64,000 bases of DNA, taken from NCBI GenBank assembly GCA_964291405.2, contig OZ219926.1, positions 224,001-288,000 of the forward strand, in the 5' to 3' direction. Positions 30,904-42,203 of the stretch are shown one piece after another. The notes beneath the pieces are model-generated. The model had not been told where the DNA came from. It did no database searches and saw only the letters and a program-made list of their open reading frames with translations. The position numbers were made by a program, and so were the translations under genes. The stretch is from Thermodesulfobacteriota bacterium. GTDB taxonomy: Bacteria > Desulfobacterota > Binatia > Bin18. How positions within the stretch are numbered: position 1 is the first letter of the stretch; each line of letters begins with the position of its first letter.

Positions 30904-31651
30904 GTTTGAGCTCAGTCTCAATCAGTTGCTCGGCCGTCCGACCGAAACGCCGATCCCGCTGCTGATAATCAGCCAATGCCTGCAAGAAGGCGTCGCGGTC
31001 GAAGTCGGGCCACAGGGTATCGGTCACATAGAGTTCCGTGTAGGCCAACTGCCAGAGCATGAAGTTACTGATCCGGAACTCTCCACTGGTCCGAATAAGG
31101 AGGTCCGGAGCGGGTATATCTGCCGTCCACAATGATTGTTCGATCGCCTGCTGGTCAATCTCGAGTGGCCGCAGATGTCCCGCCTGTACGGCGGTCGCCA
31201 GAGTCTGTACGGCGGCAACGATTTCTTCCCGAGCACTATAGCTCACGGCTAAGACAACAGTCAGTCCGGTGTTGTCTCGTGTTGCAGCAATAACGTCAAG
31301 CAGGGATTTCCGAACCATTGCTGGAAGGCGGCCCAGATCGCCAATGGCACGCAGGCGGATATTGTACCGCATCATACGGCGTAATTCCGTCCGAAGGTAA
31401 CGGTTGAGGAGTCCCATAAGCGCACGGACCTCACGTGGTGGCCGCTGCCAGTTCTCCGAAGAAAATGCGTACAGGGTCAGATACGAGAGGCCGATGCCAC
31501 GACTCGTCTCGACGATATTGCGGACCGCTTCTTTCCCACGCTTGTGGCCTTCAATACGGCTCAGTCCGCGTCGCTGCGCCCACCGTCCGTTCCCATCCAT
31601 AATAATGGCAACATGACGGGGCAATTGGTCTTTCTCAAGGATAACGCTCAC
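30890..31651 (-). CDS. uppS: Undecaprenyl diphosphate synthase
   Basis: HVAIIMDGNGRWA, FSSENW, IRTSGEFRISNF. Confidence 0.97.
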   Translation of the reverse strand: MSVILEKDQLPRHVAIIMDGNGRWAQRRGLSRIEGHKRGKEAVRNIVETSRGIGLSYLTLYAFSSENWQRPPREVRALMGLLNRYLRTELRRMMRYNIRLRAIGDLGRLPAMVRKSLLDVIAATRDNTGLTVVLAVSYSAREEIVAAVQTLATAVQAGHLRPLEIDQQAIEQSLWTADIPAPDLLIRTSGEFRISNFMLWQLAYTELYVTDTLWPDFDRDAFLQALADYQQRDRRFGRTAEQLIETELKRAAH

Positions 31652-31714
31652 GCGTATAAACAGCAGGTTAGAATAGATTGCTCACATGGCCAGTCGCAGG
31701 AAAACACTATCCCC

Positions 31715-32272
31715 TTATACTGCCATCAACTCTTCCTCTTTAAGCTTGAGGATATGGTCAAGTTTTTCGATATATTCATTCGTCATCTTTTGTACACGGT
31801 CCTGTGCGGTGTGCAATTCATCTTCGGTAATTTCTTTATCCTTTTGCATTTCCTTGAGATAGTCATTGGCATCGCGTCTATGGTTCCGCATAGAAATTCG
31901 GTATTCCTCTGCACTTTTCCGAATTTTTCGGACAAAATCTTTCCGCCGCTCTTCGGTGAGTTCGGGTATGGGGACGCGAATAATTTTCCCATCGTTGACC
32001 GGAGTCAGGCCCAAGTCGGCCTGATAAATCGCCTTTTCCACATCACCGATGATATTTTTTTCGTATGGCTGGACAACAAGGAGGCGGGCTTCTGGTGCAG
32101 ACAAAGAGGCGAGTTGATTGAGTGGAGTTGGGGACCCGTAATACTCGACCATCACGCCTTCGATTAATGATGTGGAGGCACGGCCGGTGCGCACTTTCGA
32201 AAACTCGACACGGAGCGACCCAAGTGTTTGCTCCATTTCTTGCTTCATTTGTTCCAAAACTTCGGCGCTCAT
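31715..32272 (-). CDS. frr: Ribosome recycling factor
   Basis: [15 protein letters not shown]. Confidence 0.97.
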   Translation of the reverse strand: MSAEVLEQMKQEMEQTLGSLRVEFSKVRTGRASTSLIEGVMVEYYGSPTPLNQLASLSAPEARLLVVQPYEKNIIGDVEKAIYQADLGLTPVNDGKIIRVPIPELTEERRKDFVRKIRKSAEEYRISMRNHRRDANDYLKEMQKDKEITEDELHTAQDRVQKMTNEYIEKLDHILKLKEEELMAV

Positions 32273-33000
32273 AGCTCCCCTCCATTGACCACCGTTCCAA
32301 TAGGCTCTCCACGTACCACACGCTGGATATTGCCAGGCTCAAGCATACTGAACACAATGATGGGGAGATGATTATCCATACATAATGATATGGCAGTGGA
32401 GTCCATGACCTTGAGGTTTTGCTGTAAGACTTCGAGATATGTCAAGTGTTGATATCGCTCGGCCGTCGAATCTGTCATCGGGTCAGCACTATAGATCCCG
32501 TCAACCTTGGTTGCTTTAAAAATGGCTTGCGCCCCAATTTCCATCGCTCGCAAGCTGGCGGCGGTGTCCGTGGTAAAATACGGATTCCCGGTGCCAGAAG
32601 CAAAAATGACGACGCGGCCTTTCTCAAGATGGCGGGTTGCGCGCCGTCGAATATACGGCTCCGCCACCTGCGATACGGTCAGGGCTGACATCACGCGCGT
32701 AGGGACCTCCACCTTCTCCAAAGCTTCCTGCATGGCTAAACTATTGATCACCGTAGCCAGCATCCCCATATAATCGCCGGTCGCCCGCGCAATCCCTCTT
32801 GAACTCGCGTCTACCCCACGCAGTATATTGCCTCCACCGAGGACCAAAGCGATCTCACATCCCAGCGCATGAATCTCCTGAATCTCGCCGGCGATGCGGG
32901 CTAAGACAGCGTCGTCAATCCCATAGCCTCGTTCGCCAGCGAGGGCCTCTCCTCCCAACTTGAGGAGAACACGCTGGTATGGTGCAGCCTTTGTCGCCAT
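32269..33000 (-). CDS. pyrH: UMP kinase
   Basis: [30 protein letters not shown]. Confidence 0.97.
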   Translation of the reverse strand: MATKAAPYQRVLLKLGGEALAGERGYGIDDAVLARIAGEIQEIHALGCEIALVLGGGNILRGVDASSRGIARATGDYMGMLATVINSLAMQEALEKVEVPTRVMSALTVSQVAEPYIRRRATRHLEKGRVVIFASGTGNPYFTTDTAASLRAMEIGAQAIFKATKVDGIYSADPMTDSTAERYQHLTYLEVLQQNLKVMDSTAISLCMDNHLPIIVFSMLEPGNIQRVVRGEPIGTVVNGGEL

Positions 33001-33005
33001 GCGGC

Positions 33006-33629
33006 CTACTCAGTCCCCCCGTCAGCGGCGCTCGCTTCTCCGATCTGGAAACGCGCAAATCGGTGGACGACAATATTTTCACCCGTCTTACTCACTGCAT
33101 CATTGACAATCTCTTGCACAGTTTTGCTCGGCTCCCGAATATAGGCTTGTTCGAGCAAACATACTTCGCTGTAAAACTTCTCAACTTTTCCTGAAACGAT
33201 CTTCTCAATAACCTGCGCTGGTTTTCCGGACGCTTCGGCCTGTGTCTGGTAGACCGTCCGCTCCCGATCGAGCTCTACCTCAGTAATGTCTTCTCGACGC
33301 ACGCAGCGTGGATTTGCGGCAGCCACTTGCATCGCAATATCTTTGACAAGCTGTTGGAACTCCTCGGTCCGAGCCACAAAGTCAGTCTCGCAATTCACTT
33401 CAACCAAGACGCCGATCTTGCCACCCCCGTGAATATAGGAGCCAACCACGCCCTGCTCTGCCGCACGTCCGGCCCGCTTTGCGGCAGCGGCCAATCCTTT
33501 CTCGCGAAGAAAGTCAATGGCTTTTTCAATATTACCGTTATTTTCGGCGAGCGCTTTTTTACAGTTGACAATACCCGCGCCTGTCCGCTCGCGCAGTTCT
33601 TTTACCTGGGCCATCGAAATATCACTCAC
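33006..33629 (-). CDS. tsf: Elongation factor Ts (short form)
   Basis: [21 protein letters not shown]. Confidence 0.97.
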   Translation of the reverse strand: MSDISMAQVKELRERTGAGIVNCKKALAENNGNIEKAIDFLREKGLAAAAKRAGRAAEQGVVGSYIHGGGKIGVLVEVNCETDFVARTEEFQQLVKDIAMQVAAANPRCVRREDITEVELDRERTVYQTQAEASGKPAQVIEKIVSGKVEKFYSEVCLLEQAYIREPSKTVQEIVNDAVSKTGENIVVHRFARFQIGEASAADGGTE

Positions 33630-34480
33630 GCCTCGTCCCCTTCCTCAATAGACGCCGCCTCTGTCGGAGTGTCTTCGGCTTGCACCTCAGGAGATGGCGC
33701 GGGAGCTTCCGTCATATCCGGTCCAGCGTGCGTTTCTGTTTCTTCTTGGTTCGCTTGGTCAAGGGCTTCACCTTCGCCTTGTTGCTGCTCTTGATACAGC
33801 GTCCGCCCTTCTATGGAGGCGTCAGCGATAGCATCCACAAAAAGACGAATCGCACGAATGGCATCATCATTCCCTGGGATTTTATGCGTGATAAGATCTG
33901 GATCACAGTTTGAATCAATCGCCGCGACAACTGGTAGACCGAGCTTATTTGCCTCCCGCACGGCGATTTCTTCCTTCTTGGTGTCAACGACAAATATCGC
34001 ATCAGGCAGCTTCCGCATCGTTTTGATGCCACCTAACACATTCATCAGCTTATCCCGCTCCCGGCTAATTCCCAAGAGTTCTTTCTTCGTCAGCGCGTCA
34101 GCAATCGCGGATGTTTCGAGCATCTCTTCGACGCGTTTCAGCCGATCGATAGACTTCCGGATGGTTTGAAAGTTCGTTAACATCCCACCCAGCCAGCGGT
34201 TATTGATATAAAACATTTCACACCGCTCGGCTGCTTCGCGCACGACTTCCTGCGCCTGCTTCTTGGTCCCGACAAAGAGAATCTGCCCACCATCTTCGAC
34301 CAGATCTCGAATAAAGCCGCACGCGTCACGCAACATTCCCACGGTCTGCTGCAAGTCGATGATGTGGATTCCGTTGCGGGCACCAAAAATATAAGGCTTC
34401 ATCTTTGGGTTCCAGCGACTCGTCTGGTGGCCAAAGTGAACCCCAGCCTCAAGCAATTGCTTGATCGTAATTTCAACCAT
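33626..34480 (-). CDS. rpsB: 30S ribosomal protein S2
   Basis: [28 protein letters not shown]; acidic C-terminal tail. Confidence 0.98.
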   Translation of the reverse strand: MVEITIKQLLEAGVHFGHQTSRWNPKMKPYIFGARNGIHIIDLQQTVGMLRDACGFIRDLVEDGGQILFVGTKKQAQEVVREAAERCEMFYINNRWLGGMLTNFQTIRKSIDRLKRVEEMLETSAIADALTKKELLGISRERDKLMNVLGGIKTMRKLPDAIFVVDTKKEEIAVREANKLGLPVVAAIDSNCDPDLITHKIPGNDDAIRAIRLFVDAIADASIEGRTLYQEQQQGEGEALDQANQEETETHAGPDMTEAPAPSPEVQAEDTPTEAASIEEGDEA

Positions 34481-34582
34481 GTAGAGGGCACCTTTCTTTC
34501 TTAATTATGCGTGGAATATGCTTGATTTCAGGGAGAAATTTTGTATCAAAGGCGAAAAATCTTTGCAACGCGCCAGAGAGCG

Positions 34583-35911
34583 CTATTGATTCATGGATTC
34601 AAGAAATTCTTGATTGTCCTTTGTCCCCTGGATTTTATCCATAAGAAATTCCATTGCTTCGACGGCGTTCATTTGGGTCAACAATTGTCTGAGAAGCCGC
34701 ACTCGGTCCAAGGCCTTCTTAGTCAGCAACATCTCTTCCTTGCGGGTACCAGAGCGGCCAACATCCATGGCAGGGAAAATCCGCTTATCCATCAGGCGGC
34801 GGTCCAGGTGGATTTCCATATTACCAGTCCCTTTGAATTCTTCAAAGATGACCTCATCCATACGACTACCGGTATCGACCAGGGCCGTCCCAATAATAGT
34901 TAAACTCCCCCCATCTTCAATGTTGCGCGCCGCTCCAAAGAATTTTTTCGGCATACGTAAGGCATTGGCATCGACACCACCAGACAGCAATTTCCCACTC
35001 GGCGGAACCACAGCGTTATTCGCGCGCGCTAAGCGGGTAATACTGTCGAGTAAGACGACAACGTCTTTTCCATGCTCGACCAGACGTTTTGCTTTTTCTA
35101 AGACCATCTCAGCCACCTGTACGTGCCGATTCGCCGGTTCGTCAAACGTCGAACTCACAACCTCGGCGCGGACTGAGCGCTGCATATCGGTGACTTCCTC
35201 CGGTCGCTCGTCAATCAATAAGACAATCAAAATGACCTCTTTATGATTGTGAACAATGCCATGCGCCAAACTTTGCAGCATCATGGTCTTGCCCGTACGA
35301 GGAGCGGCAACGATCAAACCACGCTGCCCTTTTCCTATGGGAGTGAACAGATCAATGGTCCGCGTTGTATACTCCTCAAGATTGTGTTCGAGCCGGAGTT
35401 GTTCCTCGGGGTAGAGGGGCGTCAAATTGTCAAAAAGGATTTTATCTCGGGCGCGTTCAGGCTCCTCATAGTTCGTTGCTTCAACTTTCAGCAACGCAAA
35501 ATAACGCTCGCCTTCCTTAGGCGGACGGATTTGCCCAGCCACCACGTCTCCGGTCCGGAGATTAAACCGTCGAATCTGGCTCGGTGACACATAAATATCA
35601 TCCGGCCCCGGTAGATAATTGTAGTCAGGAGAACGGAGAAAACCGAATCCGTCAGAGAGAATCTCTAACACTCCCTCGCCGTAGATGAAGCCGCTCTGCT
35701 CGGCCTGGGCTTGGAGAATAGAAAAAATCAAGTCTTGCTTCCGGAGACTGGAGGCTCCCTCGACATTAAAATTCCGTGCAATCTCCGCCAGTTCTCCAAT
35801 TTTCTTTGATTTCAGAGACTTAAGGTTCAGACCGACATCTTCGCCGTCTCCATTAATACGAACCTCCTGAAGTCCATTTGCATTATTACTCTTTGCGGCC
35901 GTTCGACCCAT
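34583..35911 (-). CDS. rho: Transcription termination factor Rho
   Basis: [42 protein letters not shown]. Confidence 0.98.
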   Translation of the reverse strand: MGRTAAKSNNANGLQEVRINGDGEDVGLNLKSLKSKKIGELAEIARNFNVEGASSLRKQDLIFSILQAQAEQSGFIYGEGVLEILSDGFGFLRSPDYNYLPGPDDIYVSPSQIRRFNLRTGDVVAGQIRPPKEGERYFALLKVEATNYEEPERARDKILFDNLTPLYPEEQLRLEHNLEEYTTRTIDLFTPIGKGQRGLIVAAPRTGKTMMLQSLAHGIVHNHKEVILIVLLIDERPEEVTDMQRSVRAEVVSSTFDEPANRHVQVAEMVLEKAKRLVEHGKDVVVLLDSITRLARANNAVVPPSGKLLSGGVDANALRMPKKFFGAARNIEDGGSLTIIGTALVDTGSRMDEVIFEEFKGTGNMEIHLDRRLMDKRIFPAMDVGRSGTRKEEMLLTKKALDRVRLLRQLLTQMNAVEAMEFLMDKIQGTKDNQEFLESMNQ

Positions 35912-36100
35912 ATCTTCCTCCTATGCAGTAGTAAACTGGAGGGATGTATCCTTGGTATTACACATTGCCGAGGCATAGCCGCCTCGGACGCCAATTGCCC
36001 GTATTAGGGGAAAAACCATCAAGAAACAGCGGTATGACCGGTGAGAAATTCTTTTTCAGAGTGATCTACAAAGGACGGTTTATCCTCTGAGAGATACTTC

Positions 36101-36129
36101 CATATAATATACCGTCACCAACCTGTCAA
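36101..36129 (-). promoter_or_regulatory. Putative sigma70 promoter of rho
   Basis: Perfect TTGACA (36129-36124) followed by an AT-rich TATATTATAT tract; the exact -10 register is ambiguous. Confidence 0.45.
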
Positions 36130-36138
36130 CGAAAAGAC

Positions 36139-37074
36139 TCACTCCCAGACAGAGGACAGCTCCAGCAGGAGTCCGGCAAAATCAGCAGGATAAGGCGCCT
36201 GAATTGTTACCACTGTATGGTCTTGTGGGTGTATGAATTCGATAGCCGCAGCATGCAATGCCTGACGAGGAAAGTGCCGGATCTCAGGGAGCAGTGTTTT
36301 CTCCATACGCCGCGATCCATACAGACCATCCCCTATGATAGGGTGGTTGAGCGCAGCGAGGTGAACCCGCAGCTGGTGGGTCCGGCCAGTCTTAGGAAAG
36401 AGCTGGACAAGGGAGACACTCCGACACGACTCCAGAACTTCATACCGACTGACCGCTGGACGGCTCTTCCGTGCGTGGATGGACATTTTCTTCCGGTCCT
36501 GTGGATGCCGACCAATAGGAAAAGAAATCTCTCCCTCATGCTGCGGTAGGCAGCCGACCACGACGGCTCGGTAGGTTTTGCGCACCTGTCTCGATTTAAA
36601 CTGTTCAGCGAGGGCTTCCAACGCCGTATGATGCTTTGCGACGAGCAGGACGCCGGACGTATCCTTATCAAGTCTATGTACAATCCCCGGACGGAGCGAT
36701 GCTTCTTCGATATTCCATCCCCAGCGTGCCAGCAAGGCGTTCACCACCGTACCATGCCACTGACCGGGGGCGGGATGCACAACCATACCGGGCGGTTTGT
36801 TAATCGCGGCCAGACTATCATCTTCGTACAAGATATCGAGTGGAATATCTTCAGGCACGGCGGTCGTTGGTTGTGAAGGAAGGGGAGAGATTTCTATGAT
36901 TTCACCGCTGCGGACAGGATAGCTCGCCTTTTGGGGAGCTCCGTCTACCAAAACACAGCCGCGTTTAATGAACAGCTTGGCCTGGGACCGACTGATTTCC
37001 GCTAGGGAGGCAACCACCAAGTCTAAACGCTGACCGACCCGGGCGGGCGGAATCTGAAGATGCTGGATGGTCAC
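36139..37074 (-). CDS. rluD: RluA/RluD-family 23S rRNA pseudouridine synthase
   Basis: S4 domain, NKPPGMVVHP, IVHRLDKDTSG, TGRTHQLRVH. Confidence 0.88.
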   Translation of the reverse strand: MTIQHLQIPPARVGQRLDLVVASLAEISRSQAKLFIKRGCVLVDGAPQKASYPVRSGEIIEISPLPSQPTTAVPEDIPLDILYEDDSLAAINKPPGMVVHPAPGQWHGTVVNALLARWGWNIEEASLRPGIVHRLDKDTSGVLLVAKHHTALEALAEQFKSRQVRKTYRAVVVGCLPQHEGEISFPIGRHPQDRKKMSIHARKSRPAVSRYEVLESCRSVSLVQLFPKTGRTHQLRVHLAALNHPIIGDGLYGSRRMEKTLLPEIRHFPRQALHAAAIEFIHPQDHTVVTIQAPYPADFAGLLLELSSVWE

Positions 37075-38009
37075 GAGGGAGTATTTTCCGTTGAGGAGAG
37101 GAAGCGACGAGCCTGGTCAGCATCCTCTCGTATCTGCTGCACGAGTTCTTCGACCGACGAGAACTTCCGCTCTGCTCGAAGATGCTTGACAAAGCCCACC
37201 CGGAGACGTTTTCCATACAGGTTGGCGGAGAAGTCAAAGAGGTTCGTTTCAACCGTTCTCTGATTTTCGCCAAAAGTGGGATTCACCCCAACATTTGCTA
37301 CGGCATTATACTCCCTGTCGTCCACACAGGCCCGGACCGCGTATACTCCATTGGGTAAAAGGACTGATGTCCGAGGACGGATATTCGCAGTCGGGAATCC
37401 GATCTGCCGACCACGCTGAAATCCTTTAACAACCCGGCCGCTTACCGTATACGGCTGCTCCAGCAGTTTGGTTGCTTCGGACAGTTTGCCAGCTTGGAGC
37501 AGTGAGCGCACCGCCGTACTGCTGACTTCTTGCCGCCCCACAGTCACCGACCCTATGACCTCCACCTCAAATCCCCACCGTTTTCCCAGAGAGCTAAGCA
37601 GGCGTACATTGCCGGCCCGGTCTCGGCCAAAACTGAAATTATGCCCGACCAAAATCTTTTCGACACCAATTGAGTCGAGCAGATATTGACGCACAAACGC
37701 TTCGGGGACGAGTTGGGAAAAGTCGAGCCCAAACCGCTGTAACACGATCCCATCGACACCCAACTCAGCAATCCTCTGGAGCTTCTCACGTAAACTGAGA
37801 ATCAACGGCACTGGACTTCCGGGCCGCAACACCGAAAGGGGGTGAGGGTAAAATGTCATAGCCAGAGCGGTTCCCTGGCGCGCTCTGGCCTCCTCAACAA
37901 GCCGAGAGAGAATCATCCGGTGGCCTAAATGCACCCCATCGAAATTTCCGAGACCAATAACCGGATGGGGGAACGGCGAGTGGCGCGAGGCGTGTCGGAT
38001 AATTTTCAT
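37071..38009 (-). CDS. ribF: Bifunctional riboflavin kinase/FAD synthetase
   Basis: GNFDGVHLGH, GRQIGFPTAN, GVNPTF. Confidence 0.96.
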   Translation of the reverse strand: MKIIRHASRHSPFPHPVIGLGNFDGVHLGHRMILSRLVEEARARQGTALAMTFYPHPLSVLRPGSPVPLILSLREKLQRIAELGVDGIVLQRFGLDFSQLVPEAFVRQYLLDSIGVEKILVGHNFSFGRDRAGNVRLLSSLGKRWGFEVEVIGSVTVGRQEVSSTAVRSLLQAGKLSEATKLLEQPYTVSGRVVKGFQRGRQIGFPTANIRPRTSVLLPNGVYAVRACVDDREYNAVANVGVNPTFGENQRTVETNLFDFSANLYGKRLRVGFVKHLRAERKFSSVEELVQQIREDADQARRFLSSTENTPS

Positions 38010-38044
38010 ACTCAGTGCCCCGAAGAAGTCCAGGGGTGGGTATG

Positions 38045-38959
38045 CTAACGTCCAAGCGTCTGAAGCATGGTTTGTGCCTCAAGCGTTTGGGTGGCTGACG
38101 GGTGGTCGCTGACGAGCTTCTGGAGGATCAGGCGGGCGTCCGTCTTATCTCCAATCGCAAGAAATGCCTGGGCTTGTCGCAGGAGGGCTGCGGCAACGCG
38201 ATCCCCCCGTCGGTATGAGAGAACATCATTAAACTCAAGGATGGCTCGATTATAGTCATTTTGGACGTAGTGGCTCTCGCCTATCCAATACTGTGCATCA
38301 TCCGCCATTTGCGATTCAGAGCAACGACGCTGAAAGGTGCGGAATTCCTGAATAGCAGGATTATACTTTTGTTCTTGAAAGAGCCGGACTGCCCCTCGAT
38401 AAAGGTCTTGACACTCTGGAGTATCAGTCGTCGAAGGTAGGCTGATGGAGGCTGGGGGAGTTCTCGGCGGATCAAGAGGGAAAGGGAGAGAGGAGGTAGT
38501 AGGCATACGAGCGCTTGGTCCAACAGGTTCATCCAATCCAGACCCGGGGTTGCGTCTGGCAGAGCGCAGCTGTCCTTCAACGGCGACCAACCGTTCCTCA
38601 AGGACGCCTAAGCGCTGCTCAATCTTACGCAGAGATGGGGCAGTTCCACTCTCCCGTTTAGAGAGACGGGTCAGGTTATGCCCGAACTCTTCAAGCTTGC
38701 CTTGCATCTGCTGGACCTTACGCTGGAGGCCATCAATCGAGGCGTCCGTATTGGCCACTTGGGTGCGTATTGCCCTGCGTTCGCTCTGCACCTGTTGCAG
38801 GTCCGCTTGGGTTGCGCATCCAGCAAGCCAGAAACCCAGCACGATTACAGGGCACAGCAGGCAACGACTAGCTCTCACAACACGTGTGTATGGCCAGAGC
38901 TGACGCCCGTTACCTAGCGTAGGACTGAGAAATGGCCGCGTCGATTTCGCTGCCAACAT
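38045..38959 (-). CDS. cpoB: Tol-Pal system protein YbgF/CpoB (start uncertain)
   Basis: Lipobox LAGC, coiled coil, C-terminal TPR (AQYWIGE); follows pal. Confidence 0.85.
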   Translation of the reverse strand: MLAAKSTRPFLSPTLGNGRQLWPYTRVVRASRCLLCPVIVLGFWLAGCATQADLQQVQSERRAIRTQVANTDASIDGLQRKVQQMQGKLEEFGHNLTRLSKRESGTAPSLRKIEQRLGVLEERLVAVEGQLRSARRNPGSGLDEPVGPSARMPTTSSLPFPLDPPRTPPASISLPSTTDTPECQDLYRGAVRLFQEQKYNPAIQEFRTFQRRCSESQMADDAQYWIGESHYVQNDYNRAILEFNDVLSYRRGDRVAAALLRQAQAFLAIGDKTDARLILQKLVSDHPSATQTLEAQTMLQTLGR

Positions 38960-39450
38960 GATTCATTCGCGTCAGTACATTGGGGTAGTTCTTCCCCGTA
39001 ACTAATGACGGAGAGCCGCTCAGCAGGGACCCCCAATGTAATGAGATAATCCTGCGCGGCACGGGCACGTTTTGCGCCAAGGGCGAGATTGTATTCGGCC
39101 GTCCCCCGATCATCGCAGTGCCCTTCAACTTCCACTTTCGCCTCGGCATTATTTTGCAACCAGTCGGCATTCGCTTGCAGGGTTTGCCGCGCCTCTTCAG
39201 ACAGCTCAAACGAGTCATAGCTAAAGAAGACGTCTTGTAAGGGCCCGCCCTCCCCCTCCTGCTGGACGCGCTCTTGGATGCGTTCGTCCTCCCCAACCGC
39301 AGATTCACCCATCCTCGACTCGCCAGAACCCGTACTCGGAGTGCTTCCATAGCTCATCGGCTGAGGAGATTGTTTCGGACATCCGATCAAGCCAAGAGAG
39401 AGCAGGAGGACACTGATCAGCCACCCACCACGGAATTTATTGTTATGCAT
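38914..39450 (-). CDS. pal: Peptidoglycan-associated lipoprotein
   Basis: Lipobox LIGC; EGHCDDRGTAEYNLALG; SYGEE; NRR. Confidence 0.96.
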   Translation of the reverse strand: MHNNKFRGGWLISVLLLSLGLIGCPKQSPQPMSYGSTPSTGSGESRMGESAVGEDERIQERVQQEGEGGPLQDVFFSYDSFELSEEARQTLQANADWLQNNAEAKVEVEGHCDDRGTAEYNLALGAKRARAAQDYLITLGVPAERLSVISYGEELPQCTDANESCWQRNRRGHFSVLR

Positions 39451-39481
39451 TCTTCACCATTTTTCCTCGTCCCACGCATAC

Positions 39482-40783
39482 TTATGGGAGGCGTGGTGAC
39501 CACGCCGGACTAGTATCATTTCCACTTCCCCCGGTCAATTGCTGTATGCTCTGGCCGTCTCGACTTGCCAGATAGAGTCGCCCTCGTCGCGTCACCGCAA
39601 GATAGCGGCCGTCCGGCGACCACGACGGGTGCTCACCACGGACAATGTGCGTGGCTTCTCCACCGTTCGGATCGATTCCCATCACAAGAAATCCGCCTGA
39701 GCGGGACGTATAGGCGATCCGATCTCCTTTTGGAGACCAGGTGGGATCAGTATTATAGGCGCCCTGAAACGTAATCCGTTTGGGCTGTCCGGTTTCGATG
39801 TCCATCACATAAATCTGGGGGCTGCCACTCCGGCTCGAACAAAATGCCAGTCGGCGCCCGTCTGGCGACCAGGCGGGCGAGACGTCGATGCCGCTGTGGT
39901 GGGTTAAACGACGAATTAACCGACCTTTGGACGAGAGCAAGAAAAGATCAGAATTGCCATTCTGATCGAGACTGACAGCGATACGGGTGCCGTCCGGGGA
40001 CCAGCTTGCTCCATAGGCAATACGGGCGTCGAGCCGCGCCGACCGTCCACTCGCCAAATCGAGCTTAAACGAATGGGGTCCACCCTGCTTGTACGAGATA
40101 AATAAAAGTTCTGCCCCGGTTGGACTCCAGCTCGGTCCGAGGCTCAGCGTCCTGTCCTGCGTGACCCGGCGCACTTCGGCTCCACTCAGGTCGGTCACAT
40201 AGACTTCTTTGACCCGTCCATCAACACGGTCCGAGATGAAAGCGATCTTTGAATTAAAAGGTCCTTCTTCGCCGGTCAGGAAGAGCATGATCTGGTCGGC
40301 AAAGCGATGCGCCATACGGCGCACGTCACGTTTGTGTCCGATATACCGTCTGCCACCAAGCTGTTTTTGCTGGGTCACATCGAACAGGCGCGCCTCGATA
40401 GTCAATTGTTCCCCGTTCAGCCAAAAACCACCTTTGACCAGGGCTAACGCGTCCAGTACGGACCAGTTTTGAAAATTAATGCGGTCGAGCACAAACCCCT
40501 CTGGCCCTTCGATATACGCGCGCCGGTCGAGCACACGGAAAAGACCGGAGAGAGTGAGATCTCTGGCAACAGTACTGGCAAAGGTTTCCCCGATTTGTCG
40601 CTTGGCGTGGGAGTCCGGATTCGAAAGGGGCGAAAGGGCGATCGGAACTCCCGCCCCGCCGGGTTTCGGCACTTCAATACGTATTTGTGCAGGAGCCGGC
40701 GTAGCCAATACCGCAAGTGCAGCAATTACCGTCAGCAGCACTCCCAGTCGAGTCATCCGCAGCGGCGGTCCTCCCCGGCTCAT
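39482..40783 (-). CDS. tolB: Tol-Pal beta-propeller protein
   Basis: AHRFAD, repeated PxWSPDG (PD40) units; start trimmed to ATG 40783. Confidence 0.94.
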   Translation of the reverse strand: MSRGGPPLRMTRLGVLLTVIAALAVLATPAPAQIRIEVPKPGGAGVPIALSPLSNPDSHAKRQIGETFASTVARDLTLSGLFRVLDRRAYIEGPEGFVLDRINFQNWSVLDALALVKGGFWLNGEQLTIEARLFDVTQQKQLGGRRYIGHKRDVRRMAHRFADQIMLFLTGEEGPFNSKIAFISDRVDGRVKEVYVTDLSGAEVRRVTQDRTLSLGPSWSPTGAELLFISYKQGGPHSFKLDLASGRSARLDARIAYGASWSPDGTRIAVSLDQNGNSDLFLLSSKGRLIRRLTHHSGIDVSPAWSPDGRRLAFCSSRSGSPQIYVMDIETGQPKRITFQGAYNTDPTWSPKGDRIAYTSRSGGFLVMGIDPNGGEATHIVRGEHPSWSPDGRYLAVTRRGRLYLASRDGQSIQQLTGGSGNDTSPAWSPRLP

Positions 40784-40784
40784 T

Positions 40785-41744
40785 TCACTCGCCCCGAACC
40801 TGCGGCGACCGAGCGCGCCGCGTCTCGCCAAAAACCACCTCAATCTTTTGCCGAGTAAATTCGTTTCGGTAGGCCTCTGGTGGGGGAGGAAGCGGATTGG
40901 CCTTTCTCACCGCGCGTATTGCGGATTCATCGAAAACAATATCACCGGACCGTTCGGCCAACTCCACCCCGACAACCTCGCCATTGGCCAGGATACCGAA
41001 CCGGACTACTGCCGTAAGACCAGACTTATGCTCGGCAACGATCCAACTTTGCTTTACCCGCTGTTTCACCTCTTGCGTGTATAAAATAAAGGGAAGTCCC
41101 CGCAGCGTATCACCGCCTCCGCCCCCGGACGCCGAGATTGAGTGAGAGGTCTCGGCGGTTTGACGCTGGTCAGCCTGCACCCGCTGCCGGATTTTTTCTA
41201 CGGCCGCCGCGATCTGCTGCTCACGGTCCTCAGCGCTCAGGCGTTGTTCCTCAGGTTCTTTGGGAGCCGATGATTGCGGCGGCGGTTTTCTTGCCTGCTC
41301 GGGTTTTTGGGCCTGAGGTTTTTTGACTTCCGTTTTTAACGGCGCCTTTTTGGGTGGTGGTTCTTTCTTCGAGGCTATTTTCACACTCTTTTTCGGCTTG
41401 GCTACTTTGAGTTTCTTTTCTGCCTTTGGCTTCTTTACCTCGACTTTCGGCGGCTGTGGCTTGGGTTTAGGTAAGGGTGTAACCGCCGCAGATTCTACCT
41501 TCTTAGGCTTAGGGCTGGGAGCTGGAGGAGGCTCGGTAGCGAGCCCCAAGGCAGCCGGAGCAACCAAAGAAACGGTATAGCTTTGGGGCGTCCAGGGCTT
41601 TGACTGAGGCGGGTCGGCAGCAGAGACCAGAGCCAGGAGCAGCCCAGCATGGAGCAGCCCAGAAAGCATCACCATACGGCCGAGCCGTTTATCCTGAGGC
41701 GGAGTGTTGTACGATTCCGGGTTTTTTTGGTTTTTTTTGATCAC
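40785..41744 (-). CDS. tolA: TolA/TonB-family protein
   Basis: TM helix with SxxxH, Pro/Lys-rich linker, C-terminal SGDIVFDESAIRAV; position in the tol operon. Confidence 0.85.
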   Translation of the reverse strand: MIKKNQKNPESYNTPPQDKRLGRMVMLSGLLHAGLLLALVSAADPPQSKPWTPQSYTVSLVAPAALGLATEPPPAPSPKPKKVESAAVTPLPKPKPQPPKVEVKKPKAEKKLKVAKPKKSVKIASKKEPPPKKAPLKTEVKKPQAQKPEQARKPPPQSSAPKEPEEQRLSAEDREQQIAAAVEKIRQRVQADQRQTAETSHSISASGGGGGDTLRGLPFILYTQEVKQRVKQSWIVAEHKSGLTAVVRFGILANGEVVGVELAERSGDIVFDESAIRAVRKANPLPPPPEAYRNEFTRQKIEVVFGETRRARSPQVRGE

Positions 41745-41747
41745 GAC

Positions 41748-42185
41748 TTAGGATTGGTTTTGTTGGGTCAAGTCAGCTTCTGGAAGCGGCTCGGTCACCA
41801 TACCGAGCTTTGCTATACCCGCGCTCCGTATTGCCGCCATGACCGCAACGACTTTGCCATACACAACATCTTTATCTGCTCGGAGATAGACGGTCCGATC
41901 TGCCCGCAGCTCTACAATTGCAGTCAGTTTTTCACCCAGGGCGACAAGATCAAGGGGAGTATCGTTCAGGTGGACACGCCCCTCCCCATCTATCGCTACA
42001 ACCAACTGCTCCTCTGTATCAGAGACAAGGGGTCCGGCCTCTACAGCGGGCAACTCGACGTTGACGCCTTGCTGCAGGATAGGTGCGGTCACCATAAAGA
42101 TAACCAGAAGGACCAGCATCACATCAACGAAAGGAGTCACATTGATGTGTGAGATGCTCCCTTCATCGTACTGTTCAAAAGCCAT
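41748..42185 (-). CDS. tolR: TolR
   Basis: INVTPFVDVMLVLLVIFMVTAP, LRADK. Confidence 0.93.
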   Translation of the reverse strand: MAFEQYDEGSISHINVTPFVDVMLVLLVIFMVTAPILQQGVNVELPAVEAGPLVSDTEEQLVVAIDGEGRVHLNDTPLDLVALGEKLTAIVELRADRTVYLRADKDVVYGKVVAVMAAIRSAGIAKLGMVTEPLPEADLTQQNQS

Positions 42186-42203
42186 GGTCTGGTATCCCCT
42201 CGT

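Noticed and set aside
41250-41540. Low-complexity Pro/Lys-rich sequence with A/T runs
   Set aside because: Normal TolA/TonB periplasmic linker, not a repeat element.
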